Shown here: positions 24,066 to 37,250 of the stretch, piece by piece | Layout of the letters: every line of letters starts with the position of its first letter | Numbering within the stretch: the first letter of the stretch is position 1 | Assembly: GCF_963921235.1 (NCBI RefSeq) | Contig: NC_086109.1 | Span: 33,048,001 to 33,112,000, forward strand | Reading direction: 5' to 3' | DNA: 64,000 bases | Source of the DNA: Mobula hypostoma | Taxonomy: Eukaryota | Notes under the pieces: generated by a model | Database searches by the model: none | What the model saw: only the letters and a program-made list of their open reading frames with translations | What the model was told of the DNA's origin: nothing | Made by a program: the position numbers and the translations under genes

Positions 24066-24175
24066 GGAGGTGCATAGTTGCATACCAGAATAGAGAGGTT
24101 TTCACTGTTCAGACCTTGCAGTTTATCACAAAGGTGAGCAGCACAGCCCACTTTGTCACTAGTGGCCCATACTAC
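24066..24175 (-). CDS. pi16: PI16-like coding exon 3
   Basis: Acceptor ttttacag|GTA, 110 nt, phase 0-2, donor [45 protein letters not shown] completes the GHYTQVVW and LVCNYxP motifs; not in the ORF track. Confidence 0.96.
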
Positions 24176-24859
24176 CTGTAAAACAATGAAATCGAACATT
24201 TTGCTAAAGTGAACTTACAATGATCTGTAAATGTGAGGTAAGTTTGTTGGCATTTATGATCAAGAATAAATGTCGTGCCCTCAGATCAGTTCTGAAGAGT
24301 CAGAGCCTCTGGTGTGCACAAGCTTTTTTTTAAAAAACTGCTGTCGAAATCTTAACCTTAACCTAGAAAATTTCCACAGTTTTGGTTAAGCCTATGGTTT
24401 CTCCATCCTGCCATTGTTGTCTTATTTCTTTTAAAATCTCCACCTTCTGCTTACTGTTAGCGGTTCCACCATTCTTCACTCAAATAAACACAACTAATAT
24501 TGTTATCACTGGGAAAGGCAACTTGGAATATTTTAGCTTTTAGTTTGCCAAGGTCCAAATTTCTCTAATGACTGTAATATTATTCCAAGTTTTTCACATT
24601 CCCCATGCTGTGGAGAAGTCTGTTCCCCAAGCCAATGATTCATTTTGTGATTACTTCTGTAATTTACTTTCTCAGAATTCAACCTCTTGCCTCAAAGTCA
24701 CATGTCGGTTTCAATTATTTCTAATAGATTCATATAGCATGAAGTCACCCAGCCCACTGAGACCAAAGATAATCATGCACCTTTCTGTAATAATCTCATT
24801 CCCTCCCTCCATACCATACATCAGGGCAAATTACATTGCCTATTAATTTATCAATCTAC

Positions 24860-25440
24860 AAACACAAGACAATCTGTGGATGCTGGAAATCCAAAGCAAC
24901 ACACACACAATGCTGGAGGAACTCAGCAGGCCAGGCAGCATCAATGGAAAAGGGTGAACAGTCAATGTTCCGGGCATTGTTCGTTTATCAGGACTGAGCG
25001 AAGTTAGAACGGGGGAAGAGTGTTAAAGTCGAGATCGTTGATGTCTCATCGGCAGTTAGCAATAAAAAGATCCAGAGCAGGTAGAAGACCAGGGCAGGGT
25101 GTCAAGGAAGAGGAGTATTGAAGGTGGGAGAAGGGGGTCATCAGTGCAGGTTGGAGAGTCCTTGCCAAAGAAGTAGGCATGGAGATGGAGGTGACAGAAG
25201 AAGAGCTCAGCGTCATGGCGGGCACAGAACTCACTAAGATGCAGGCACAGGGGGACAAAGGTGAGGCCCATACTGAGGGCAGAATGTTCTGCCTCAGAGA
25301 GAGGAAGGTCAGAGGAAATGGTGAAGACCTGACATGGATGAGAGCTGGGATCAGAGGGAGGAAGATGGTTGGTGGTGTCTGAGGAGAGAGGAGGGCTGGG
25401 GTGTTCAGGGAAGATGGGGTGGGAGGAATATGTTAGTCCT
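24860..25440 (-). mobile_element. Internally deleted Penelope-like element
   Basis: pLTR at 24860-24995 joined to an ORF N-terminal remnant (MGLTFVPL...EFCARHDAELFF..L.L.AYFF). Confidence 0.75.
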
Positions 25441-25856
25441 CAGTGCTGTCGGTCAAGGTATCAATCTACATGTTGTTGGGATACTGAAGAAAACTGGACC
25501 AATGTGAGACAAAACACACAACGTCACACAAAGAACATGCAAATTCTGCACAGACACCACAGGAAGTCAAGTTCGAACCCAGGTCACTGGAGCCAACAAC
25601 TGTTAATTGTTTCACACTTTAAGGCGATCATCTCTCAGCAGCCTCCATTCCGGGCTGAAAAGCCCAAATAGCTCCTCATAACTCTGAACTGTGATACCTT
25701 TGATGAAGAGCACAGCTCACTTCTGCATTGCTTACTGATCAGAATAGACAAAGCACACAGGGCCAGGCCTTAACTTGAACCTCCAGCTTCAGAATCAGAT
25801 CAGGATTAATATCACTGGCGTAAGTTGTGAAACAGCTCTTACTATAGTTTAAAAAC

Positions 25857-27030
25857 ATGCTCTCAAGATGAGGCTTTTCATTCCAGGACGAGGGAGATGT
25901 CCTCTTTTTTTAAAGAAAGGGACTTCCCTTCCTCCACCATCAACACTGCTCTCAAACGCATCTCCCCCATTTCACGCACATCTGCTCTCACCCCATCCTC
26001 CCGCCACCCCACTAGGAATAGGGATCCCCCTGTCCTCACCTACTACCCCACCAGCCTCCAGGTCCAAAATATAGTTCTCCGTAACTTCCGCCACCTCCAA
26101 CGGGATCCCACCACTAAGCACATCTTTCCTTCCCCCCCTGCTTTCCGCAGGGATCACTCCCTACACGACTCCCTTGTCCATTCATCCACCCCATCCCTCC
26201 CCACTGATCTCCCTCCTGGCACTAATCCTTGTAAGCGGAACAAGTGCTACACATGCCCTTACACTTCCTCCTTTACCACCATTCAGGGCCCCAGACAGTC
26301 CTTCCAGGTGTGGCGACACTTCACCTGTGAGTCGGCTGGGGTGATATACTGCGTCCGGTGCTCCCAATATGGCCTTCTTTATATTGGTGAGACCTGACGC
26401 AGACTGGGAGACAGTTTCGCTGAACACCTACGCTCTGTCCGCCAGAGAAAGCAGGATCTCCCAGAGGCCACACATTTTAATTCCACGTCCCATTCCCATT
26501 CTGACACGTCTATCCAAGGCCTCCTCTACTGTAAAGATGAAGCCACACTGTTGGAGGAACAACACCTTATATTCCGTCTGGGTAGTCTCCAACTTGATGG
26601 CATGAACATTGACTTCTCTAACTTCCATTAATGCCCCACCTCCCCCTCATACCCCATCCATTATTTATGTGTGTGTATATATATTCTTTTTTCTCTCTCT
26701 CCTTTTTCTCCCTCTGTCCCCCTCACTATACCCCTTGCCCATCCTCTGGGTTTTTCCCCCCTCCCCCTTTTCCTCCTCCCTGGGCCTCCTGTCCCATGAT
26801 CCTCTCATATCCCTTTTGCCAATCAACTGTCCAGCTCTTGGCTCCATCCCTCCCCCTCCTGTCTTCTCCTATCAATTTGGATCTCCCCCTCCCCCTCCCA
26901 CTTTCAAATCTCTTACTAATTCTCCTTTCAGTTAGTCCCGACGAAGGGTTTCGTCCCGAAACGTCGACTGTACCTTTTCCTAGAGATGCTGCCTGGCCTG
27001 CTGTGTTCACCAGCAACTTTGATGTGTGTT
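25857..27030 (+). mobile_element. 5'-truncated Penelope-like element
   Basis: FFKERDFP...LTYYP, GIY-YIG VIYCVRCSQYGLLYIGET, pyrimidine-rich 3' UTR, pLTR. Confidence 0.92.
26934..26969 (+). ncRNA. Hammerhead motif in pLTR with core U4-to-C change
   Basis: agtc-CCGACGA-aggg tttcgt ccc-GAAA-cGTC-gact. Confidence 0.7.
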
Positions 27031-27099
27031 CCTTATGATAGATCACAGTTTTTATTATTATGTATTGCTGCACATATCAAATTTCATGATACATGCCAG

Positions 27100-27898
27100 T
27101 GTAGGAAACTTTGTCACATGGTGTGAGCAGAATTATCTACAGCTTAATGTGAAAAAGACTAAGGAGCTGGTGGTAGACCTGAGGAGAGCTAAGGTACCGG
27201 CGACCCCTGTTTGATCCAGGGGGTCAGTGTGGACATGGTGGAGGATTACAAATACCTGGGGATACGAATTGACAATAAACTGGACTGGTCAAAGAACACT
27301 GAGGCTGTCTACAAGGAGGATCAGAGCCATCTCTATTTCTTGAGGAGACTGAGGTCCTTTAATATCTGCCGGATGATGCTGAGGATGTTCTACGAGTATA
27401 TGGTGGCCAGTGCGATCATGTTTGCTGTTGTGTGTTGGGGCAGCAGGCTGAGGGTAGCAGACACCAACAGAATCAACAAACTCATTCGTAAGGCCAGTGA
27501 TGTTGTGAGGATGGAACTGGACTCTCTGACGGTGGTGTCTGAAAAGAGGATGCTGTCTAAGTTGCATGCCATCTTGGTCAATGTCTCCCATCCACTACAT
27601 AATGTACTGGTTGGGCACAGGAGTACATTCAGCCAGAGACTCATTCCACCGAGATGCAACACAGAGCGTCATAGGAAGTCATTCCTGCCTGTGGCCATCA
27701 AACATTACAACTTATCCCTTGGAGGGTCAGATACCCTGGGCCAATAGGCTGGTCCTGGACTTATTTCATAATTTACTGGCATAATTTACATATTACTATT
27801 TAATTATTTATGGTTTTATTACTATTTAATTATTTATGGTGCAACTGTAACGAAAACCAATTTCCCCCAGGATCAATAAAGTATGACTATGACTATGA
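27100..27898 (+). mobile_element. Rex1/Babar 3' fragment
   Basis: WCEQNYLQLNVKKTKELVVD, YKYLG, LYFLRRLRSF; aataaagtatgactatgactatga tail. Confidence 0.9.
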
Positions 27899-29656
27899 TA
27901 TTAAACCTGATTCTGATTCTGAAACTACACGATTTAAAAAGTTAAATTAATTAAGTAGTACAAAACGAGAAAAAAAGTAGTAGGGAGGTTGTGTTCAAGG
28001 TTTCAATGTCCACTCAGAAATCTGATGGAAGAGGGGTAGTAGCTACTCCTGTAACACGAGTGTATACCCTTAGGCTCCTGTACCTCCTTCCTGATGGTAG
28101 CAATGAGAAGAGGGCAAGTCCTGGGTAATGGCGGCCCTTAATGATGGATGCTGCCTTTTTGAGGCATCATTCTTTGAAATTTCCTGGATGCTGGGGTGTT
28201 TGTATTCTCCTTCCATGGTTTTGTAGTTCCGTAGTTGATAATTCTTCTGAATTATCTTTTGTTAGGCATGTGCGTCTGATACATTCGGATACACGAAAAT
28301 TCGTACTGTCCCACATTAAATTTGAGATGTCATTTTGACACCAATTTACACTTGGTCCTTCCCATTCTGTTATTTCTAATCTGATTCTTTTACCCCTTCT
28401 AGATCTGTGAATATAAGCGACTTTCACATCGAAGTCAGTAATAGTGATGAAAAGACCTTTAATTTTGAAGATGTGTATTCAAAGACACAGAATAGACAAC
28501 ATGTTGCAGCTGTGTAATTTGATTAATTTTAAGCTAACAGGAATCTTTGAATCAGATACACGTTGAATCAGAGAGGTAAACATATAAATGGACATAGGAT
28601 AAATTTAACAGCTCTATTTGTTTTTTATTATTCTTCCCTGCCCCCAAAACCCATACTTTATTTTATATATGGAAGCGATATACATATGCTTACCCAGATC
28701 TAGGGACAGATAGGAGTGAATAATGAGCAAAATGAATGAGCAGGTGACAAAATAAATACGATCAGTGATGTCCTAAGATGGCAGTGTCTGCTATGATGTC
28801 AAAAAATACTTCTTTGAGAATTGTTATTAACAGACACTCAAAAAATGAAAAAAGTAGTTGCAATGACAGACTCCAGATTTGGAGTAAAAAGAGTTTGCTT
28901 TGATAATGAGTCAGACTTTGAATGCAAAATAAAAACCAATTATGATATGAAGCTTAGATTTAAATGATGAAAGAGAATTGTATGGATGCTTAAAATTCAG
29001 AGGTTCAAAAATGGATACTAAGAGAGCTCTCCAGCAGCATTGGCCACTTTGACCCAAATGCTGTAGCTAATAAAGTAATTTATAAAAGCAGGGTTTATGA
29101 AACTAGGCAAGTTTTAAGAAGCTGCTTATGTGATTTTAGCCCTTGGATTGGAAGAGCAGTCGAAAAGGATCCACATTCCCTAGAGGGACATGTGAGCAAT
29201 GAAAGCAAGTGTGCATTTCCTGAACTCAGATGATTGTAAGTAAATGAAGGAGCACACCAAAATCTGCAACAAATCCAATTCACCAACAAATCAGGTATAA
29301 AATATAAAGTTATGAGGTGGAAATTCACATTGCATTAAGATAAAGACATAAAAGAGATGGAAAGCCTTATTCTCATTTTCCTCTCTAATTAAATAAGAGA
29401 TTCAACACTTTTATAAAGGTAATTCACAGAGCAAGAAATTATTTGGTAGTGGCACACTTCACACAATTTGAAAAGGGTATTTAGACTGTATGTGCAAGTT
29501 CAGACCTATTCTAAGGTGTTCATTTCATCAATATCAAGCAACTTCCTCAATTTCACAATATTCCAAGCTTGATGAGGTAACACAGTTGCACAGCTTTTAA
29601 ATAAACTAAGGTAAATAAATACAATAAAGTTTTGAGAAGCAAATAAGAAATCATAC

Positions 29657-29875
29657 CTGGGTATAGTGCCCACACATCTTTCCTGGAGTACACGCCATTG
29701 TGTCATATGTGTAATCTTTAACTTCTAGATACCAGTCCTCCACTGCTTTTGCTGGATTTAGCGGACCATTTGTTGCATATAAATTTTCTCCTATCCTCCC
29801 TCTCTTTGGATTGTGCGCCCACACACATTTCTTTGCATATTTTTGAGCAATTTTCTCCAACTGTCTGTCCCAGCT
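29657..29875 (-). CDS. pi16: PI16-like coding exon 2 (CAP core)
   Basis: Acceptor tttag|AGC, 219 nt, phase 0-0, donor [42 protein letters not shown]...[26 protein letters not shown] contains the GENL and GHYTQ CAP signatures. Confidence 0.96.
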
Positions 29876-30983
29876 CTAAAAGTAAATCCGTTGATCAGAA
29901 AATGTAAAATCAGGACGTTATCAGAATTGAACGAGCAGCAATAACTCAGTCCTGTTCTGAGCAAGTAAATGTGGTGATATAAAATTTAATCCGAGATAAA
30001 CATTATGAGACATTGTTTGATAGTACTATGTAATGCAATGGTTATGCATAGTGAGGTCGTTAATGCAGTCTACAGTATTAAGAATGTAGTCTTTATATTT
30101 CAACTTTATTTCTTGTCCTTATGTACAGTCATGCCTACCAATGCTTTACGGATATGCAATCATTCTGTGTATATAAGTTATCTTATGTATTTATATTTAC
30201 TGTGTTTTTTTAAATTATCACTTTCTTTAACTTATATTTGTTGTGCTGCATCAGATCCGGAGTACTATTATTTCATTCTCCTTTCCACTTGCTTACTGGA
30301 AATGGCATTAAACAATCTGGAATCTCCATTGTTCATTGCCTCCAGCAACCCTCACAAGCAGCTAGCTCAGTGAGCGTCTACTTCTCCAAGTCTTGTTGAA
30401 TTCAACAATCGTTTCCCCACTACTAGTGAGGTTTATTTGTGAGAGACTTCAACAGGACAGTGAAACAACCCTGATGCACCTCTCAGAATCAGTAAGAAAA
30501 ACTTCACCCCCTTACCCTGCTAGGGATCAGATACAAACAATTGTACAGGAAGTCATTGTTACATTGTCACCTTGCATCTGGTGGAAAATACAGACCTATA
30601 TCAGAATAGTCCTACGCTTGTACAAAGTATTTTGAAATAGCAGATGCTTCACTATTCTTTTAACTGAAAAATAATTACAAATGATATACAATACTTTTCA
30701 TGCCCTATGATAATCCAAATGTGCTGCATACATAATGATTATTTTTGAACTTCTGCAAGTTAATACGGCAGCCAATTTGCATGTACTATGATCCCACAAA
30801 GGAGAAAATGACGACTGATCAATTGCTGGTCAGAAAATAGACCTGTAGAACTGTTCTAAACTCTGGGACATGCAGACTTATTTGAAAGATTTCCCCTCTG
30901 ACAGTGCAGAAATCACTCACTACATTACTGGATCTGTTTAGATTGTGTGTTAGAATGGGTTTTGAACCCGCCAATCGATTCCC

Positions 30984-33945
30984 GTGGGACACGTCCACCT
31001 ACCTCGAAGAGCTGACAACAACACACTGCATCGATGGAAACCTGAAAAGATGCACTACTTACTGAGGAAGCATGGGAAAACAGCTGGGCTGCTGGTCAGA
31101 TTGAAGCTGAGGGGCTTCGGGGTCCCTATGCCCACCATCCTACTAGCTAATATGCAAGCCATAGAGAACAAGGTGGATAATCTTAAAGGGAGACTCACCT
31201 ACTGCAGGGAGATGCAGAACCACTGTGTATTCTGTTTCACTGAGACCTGGCTCTCCCCTGCCACCCCCGACTGTACCATCCGACCGGAGGGATTTTCGAT
31301 CCATCGGATGGACTGCACAGCATCTTCGGCAAGACGAGGGGAGGTGGTGTCTGCCTGCTGATCAACACTGGATGGTGCTCAGACACTGTGGCACTGACAA
31401 GCTCCTGCAGCCCGGACCTGGATCACCTGTCGGTGAAGTGTCGTCCCCACTATCTGCCAGAGGAATTCACCTCGGTCGTACTGACAGTGGTCTACATTCC
31501 CCCCCAGGTGGATGTGGAGTGTGTTCTGAACATACTGTATGCCAATATCAGTGAACTTGAGACCAGGTATCTGGAGGCTTTGCTCATTACAGCCGGGGAC
31601 TTTAACCAGGCCAACCTCAGAAAGGTGCTGCCAAAGTTATACCAACATGTCTCCTGCCCCACTAGAGGCCCGAATATACTTGACCACTGCTACACAGCAG
31701 TCAAGGATGCCTACCGTTCCGTCCCACGACCTCACTTCAGAAAATCGGACCATCAGGCCATACTCCTCCTCCCGGCTTACAAACAGAAACTGAAGCAGGA
31801 GGTCACGGTGTCAAAAGTAGTGTCGCGTTGGATGGAGGAAATGGATGAGGTCCTCTGTGACTGCTTTGAATCGGTGAACTGGTTAGTATTCAAGGACTCA
31901 GCAGCTAACCTCGATGAGTATGCCTCAGCTGTCACTGACTTTATTTGGAAATGCACGGAGGACTGTGTGGCTCACAAGACGATCCAGGTATTCCCTAACC
32001 AGAAACCTTGGATGAATTATGAGGTCAAGTCCCTTTTAAAGGCTAGAGCTGTGGCTTTTAGGTCCGGGGATACCAGTCGCTACATGGAATCCAGGCGTGA
32101 ACTCCAAAAAGCCATTAAGGGTGCCAAGAGGCAATATCGAGCCAAGTTGGAAGCCCAGGCTAACCAAAGGGATGCCAGTAGACTATGGCAGGGTCTAAAT
32201 GAGATCACTGGGCGCAAAGAAAAGGCTAGGAATATCAATAACTGTGGCGCTTCTCTTCCTGATGAACTTAATGTATTCTGTGCAGGATTCGTCCCGCTCC
32301 CTCCGGATGAACCGGACCTGGTGGCATCGAGATTCATCGTCACCGAGGAGGACATTAGAAGGGCCTTCCTGAAGACAAATCCAAGGAAGGCGACGGGCCC
32401 AGATGGCATCCCAGGTCTGGTTCTCCGGGCCTGTGCAAGCGAGCTAGCTGGAGTGTTTGCTGACATCTTCAACTGCTCCTTGCTTCAGTCTAAGATCCCC
32501 TCGTGTTTTAAGAAGGCAACGATAATCCCAGTGCCGAAGAAGAGCAAAGTGGCATGCCTGAATGACTATCGACCTGTTGCTCTGACATCAATTCCTAAGA
32601 AGTGCTTTGAGAGATTGGTTATGGCACACATCAACCACAGCCTACCGGTCAACCTCGACGATTTGCAATTCGCCTACCGGAGCAACAGGTCAACGGAAGA
32701 TGCCATCTCTCTGGCCCTACATTCCTCCTTAGAACACCTGGAGAATAAAGACCTATACGCAAGGCTCCTTTTCACTGACTACAGCTCTGCCTTTAATACC
32801 ATCATTCCAAATAAACTGTTTCCCAAGCTCTGGAACCTGGGCCTTAGCACTCAGATCTGCAGCTGGATCTTCAACTTCCTCACAGACAGGACCCAGGCTG
32901 TAAAAATAGGGGACAAGCTCTCCTCTACAATCACTCTGAGCACCGGTGCCCCACAAGGTTGTGTACTCAGCCCCCTGCTGTACTCACTGTACACCCATTA
33001 TTGTGTAGCCAAGTTTCCATCAAACTCAATATGTAAATTTGCTGATGACACAACAACTGTAGGCCGTATCTCGGGTAATGATGAGTTTGAGTAGAGAGAG
33101 GAAATTATGAACCTGGTGGCATGGTGCGAAGACAATAACTTATCCCTCAATGTCAGCAAGATGAAGGAATTGGTTGTTGACTTCAGAAGGAGTAGCGGAC
33201 CGCATGACCCAATTTACATCGGTGGTGCGCAAGTGGAACAGGTCAAAAGCTTTAAGTTCCTCGGGGTCAATATCACAAATGACCTGACTTGGTCCAACCA
33301 AGCAGAGTTCACTGCCAAGAAAGCCCAACAGCGCCTTTACTTCCTGAGAAATTTGGCCTGTTCCCTAAAACCCTCACTAATTTTTATAGATGCACCGTAG
33401 AAAGCATTCTTCTAGGGTGCATCACAACCTGGTATGGAAGTTGTCCTGTCCAAAACCGAAAGGAGCTGCAGAAGATTGTGAACACAGCCCAGCACATCAC
33501 ACAACCCAATCTTCCGTCCGTGGACTCACTTTACACCGCAAGCTGTCGGAGCAGTGCTGCCAGGATAATCATGGACACGACCCACCCAGCCAACACACTT
33601 TTCGTCCCTCTTCCCTCCGGGAGAAGGTTCAGGAGCTTGAAGACTCTTACGGCAAGACTTGGGAACAGTTTCTTTCCAACTGTGATAACTGCTGAACAGA
33701 TCCTGACCCGGATCTGGGCCGTACCCTCCAAATATCTGGACCTGCCTCTCGTTTTTTTTTGCACTACCTTACTTTCCATTTTTCTATTTTCTATTTATGA
33801 TATATAATTTAAAATTTTAATATTTACTAATATTTACTATTTTTAATGTTTAATATTTGTAATCCAGGGAGTGGGAAGCGCAGAATCAAATATCACTGTG
33901 TATGTTCTAGTACCAAGTGTTTGTGACAATAAAGTATAAAGTATA
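30984..33945 (+). mobile_element. Near full-length Rex1/Babar LINE (APE endonuclease + RT) with few disruptions
   Basis: 568-aa ORF 31388-33094 plus flanking frames: [39 protein letters not shown]; aataaagtataaagtata tail. Confidence 0.95.
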
Positions 33946-34210
33946 ACCTATTTTATAAATAACAGTCCAAATGTAGACCATTTTGTTTTCTTTTCTTTTG
34001 AATTATAATAAAAAATACTCTGTTAACACCCTCTCTATCCATCACCCTCCCCGCCCTGTTCTATAAAAGTACATTTCAAAAACATTTTTACTTGTGTTTC
34101 CTAATGCTGCTATTAAACTGCAACTATCTCGAGGAATTATGTGTAAATTAACATTAATCTGATCGGCCCTTAGATCTTAATCAAGGAAAAGTAAATAGCT
34201 GCTAAACGGC

Positions 34211-34921
34211 ACAAAATGCTGGAGGTACTCAGGAGGTCAGCCACCATCAATGGAGAGGAATAAACAGCCAAAGTTTCAGGGCAAGACCCGTTATCAGGAC
34301 AGCAACAGAAAGGGGAAAACGGTGGGGAGAGGGGGAGGAGTTCAAGTTAGCAAGTTTCTGGTAAACCAGGTGGGTGTGTGGAGGAGGGGAGTGAAGTGAA
34401 GTGAGAATTTGGGCCGTGGTTAGTGGAAAAGGTAAAACGCTGAAGAAGGAGGAATTTAAAAGGGGGGTGGAGTGGAGGAAGGGCACCAGAGGCCGGTGAG
34501 AGACAGGTGTGGAGAAGAGAAGGTGTAAGCGGGGAGCCCGAATGGGGAATAGAAAAAGTGTGGGGGGAGGGAAGGGGTGGAAAATGCAGAGGTTATTGAA
34601 ATCAATGGTCATGCCGTCAGTTTGGAGGCGACTCAGTTGTAATATGAAGTATTGCTTTCCAACCTGAGCATGGTCTCATAATGGCAGCGGAGGAGGCCAT
34701 TTACCGACGTATCGGAATGGGAATGGGAAGTAGGATTAAAGTGGGTGGTCACCCGGTTTTCCAGCCTGTTGCGGACAGAGCGAAGGAGCTCGAAAAAGGG
34801 TCTCGGCCGGAAACGTCGACTGTTTACTCCTCTCCATAGATGCTGCCTGAGCTGCCGAGTTCCTTCAGCATTGTGTGTGTGTTACTCTGGGTTTCCAATA
34901 TCTGCAGAATATCTTGTGTTT
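34211..34921 (-). mobile_element. Old Penelope-like 3' fragment with inverted pLTR
   Basis: Minus arm about 34211-34790 (pLTR, 3' UTR, GIY-YIG C-terminus) abuts plus-strand pLTR about 34795-34921 (gggtctcggccggaaacgtcgactg). Confidence 0.8.
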
Positions 34922-35457
34922 ATTCAGATAGCTCTTTTTAGATATTACATGGACGGACTCCGTCCCACCAGAAAAGTAATAACCAATTAGTTTGGAGAGA
35001 CCTGCATCTCTCCAATTAGCTTGGAGAGACTTTGCAAGTTTCACCCATTGTGGCCGTTCTGTTCTTCATGAAGCACCCTTTCCTCTCTTCCTGCTTCTAT
35101 CTGATGGCCATGACCCTTTAAGCTCAGGTAAACTAAACTTCCATTCACTTTATCCACCTCACTCCGGTGCTGCTGTTTCCTTCTCGTCAAAATCATCTCC
35201 CTGGTACGAAGCTACGGGTGTGAAAACTGTATTCAAACGGGACAGAACATCGCGGGCGGCGAACTTCAGATGCGCTCCGCCGGGCGTGAGTGTGCAAAGC
35301 CAGACTTCACCAGACCGTCGAAATTCGCGCCCTCGCCGCAAGTAATTGAAACACGGTCAGTGAAGAGTCATCGGGCAAATTTTGAGTGACAGGGACAAAC
35401 CCCGCCAGTTTTTTCTGTTATATTTGGATCCGGTGAGAAAGAATTAACTCCACTTAC

Positions 35458-35610
35458 CATTTTCAGCATGTTGGCTGCATCGGGTACCTCAGAGCGAAAC
35501 TTATTGTGCTCATTAAGCACGCGGGTCTTTTCTGCAGAGGTGAAAGCGGGAGCTGGCTGGGGCATTTGCAGTGCAATGAACAGCAGCACGAATTGCAGAG
35601 TCGGAGCCAT
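35458..35610 (-). CDS. pi16: PI16-like CAP-superfamily protein, coding exon 1 (signal peptide + start of CAP domain)
   Basis: ATG in strong Kozak context (aggATGG); MAPTLQFVLLFIALQMPQPAPA-FTSAEKTRVLNEHNKFRSEVPDAANMLKM has a hydrophobic signal peptide and the CAP HNxxR...AxNMLxM motif; ends at phase-0 donor ATG|GTAAGT. Confidence 0.93.
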
Positions 35611-35655
35611 CCTTCCTCGCTGCTCCCGTGCCGGATCAGAAGTGGTTCACTTAAG

Positions 35656-35661
35656 TTTATA
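35656..35661 (-). promoter_or_regulatory. TATA box of the pi16-like gene
   Basis: CTATAAA on the minus strand about 46 nt upstream of the ATG, implying a very short 5' UTR. Confidence 0.7.
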
Positions 35662-36211
35662 GGTGGGCGCTCCCGGTGTGAGGGAGAGGAGCGGGTGCCC
35701 ATTGCCCGTGATGATAACCCTGGAAACAATGACGCCTCGACTTTGTGACGCCTCCACTTTATTTCGCAGCGCCGTTTCACATCAAAGCCGAGGCTGGTGG
35801 CAATTATTAACGGGTTTGAATCAGGAGACACAGATGATGAAGGTGGGGTTCTCTGATCTCCCGGAAAAGGGGCTTTAGGGGAGCCGATGTACACTGAAGC
35901 ACAACTGTACGTATGTTCCCTGTTGTCTCGGAGAAGGTGGTGCCGAACTGCTTTCTTGAAGTATTGCAGTCCTTCAGAGTCACTGCACATCACTCTGATG
36001 TGAAATATATATGTATACATTGTACGTATATATAAATATATATATATTGCTTTAAATATAGACGTTATCAGAATCAGATTTAATATCACCGGCATATATC
36101 GTGAAATCATTATATTTCTTATTAACGTACAGTATGATAATAAAGTTTAAGGTATCTCTATATATACACACACAAACGCACACATAGAATAAATAAATAA
36201 ATAAATAAATA

Positions 36212-36870
36212 CGCACCCCCAAAGATTTGGCCTTCACAACCGTCTGTGGCAATGAATTCCACAGATTCACCACCTGCTGGCTAAAGAAATTTCTCCTTAT
36301 CTCTGTTCTAAATGGGTGTCTCTCGATTCTAAGCTGTGCCCTCTGGTCCTAAAATCTCTCACTAAAGGAAACATTCTCCCCCACATCCACTCTACCTATG
36401 CCTTTCAATATTCAAATGCTTTCATGGGATCTCCCCTCATTCTTCTAAACTCCAGTGAGTCCAGACCCAGAGCCATCAATCATTCCTGATATGTTAACCC
36501 TTCCATTCCCAGAATTATTCTCATGAACCTCCTCTGGATGCTCACCAATGCCGGCATATATTTTCGAGATAAGGGGCCCAAAACTGCTCACAATGCTCCG
36601 CTGCAGTCTGAGCAATGCCCTTATAAAGCCTCATTATTACATCTTTGCTCTTATATTCTAGTCCTCTTGAAATGAATGCTAGTACTGCATTTGCCTTCCT
36701 TACCACTAACTCAACCTGCAAGTTAACCTTTAGGGAATCCTGCACAAAGACTCCCAAATCCCGTTGCACCTCTGATTTTTTTAATTTTCTCCCCATTTAG
36801 AAAATAGTCTCTGCCTTTATTCCTTCTACCAAAGTACATGACCAGACACTTCCCTCTACTATATCCTATC
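36212..36870 (-). mobile_element. CR1 RT C-terminal fragment
   Basis: SEVQRDLGVFVQDSLKVNLQV...VVNLWNSLPQ. Confidence 0.88.
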
Positions 36871-37250
36871 GGCCATAAAGCGCGATAAAAATCTTAATAT
36901 CATTACATCATCATGTCCAACCAGCTTCTCAAAGTGAACCCCAACTCAATGTTGGTGACTGTGAATTATGTATGTTTCCACTCATTACTTTACCCTTCAC
37001 AGCTCACCCCCACCCAGAAATCACCAAACTGGCATTGTCAGCCTGTCCGGAGCTCTGGCGAGCTGTTCGGCTTGGGGCTTATGCTCTACAGGTGTCATGG
37101 TCCGGTCCGTGAAATCTGCATTCCGGTTCATGGTCCGGTCCATTTCCTTTATCCAGGCCAGGTTTTCCGGTTTTCCCCAGTTTCTGTTGAGGCAGCTGAT
37201 TCTCATTTGTGCTGGCTTCATAAATAGTTTCAGGATGCAGCTTCTGGTTG

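Larger units (their letters stand above)
35140..35900. promoter_or_regulatory. CpG-rich island over the pi16 promoter, exon 1 and start of intron 1
   Basis: Visibly CpG-dense unique sequence (cgcgggcggcg, gcgctccgccgggcg, ttcgcgccctcgccgc, tcgcagcgccg) against CpG-poor flanks. Confidence 0.65.

Noticed and set aside
35463..36110. 215-aa minus-strand ORF over the promoter
   Set aside because: Different frame from pi16 exon 1, starts in a repeat tail and AT-rich microsatellite, no recognisable domain; open frame explained by GC richness
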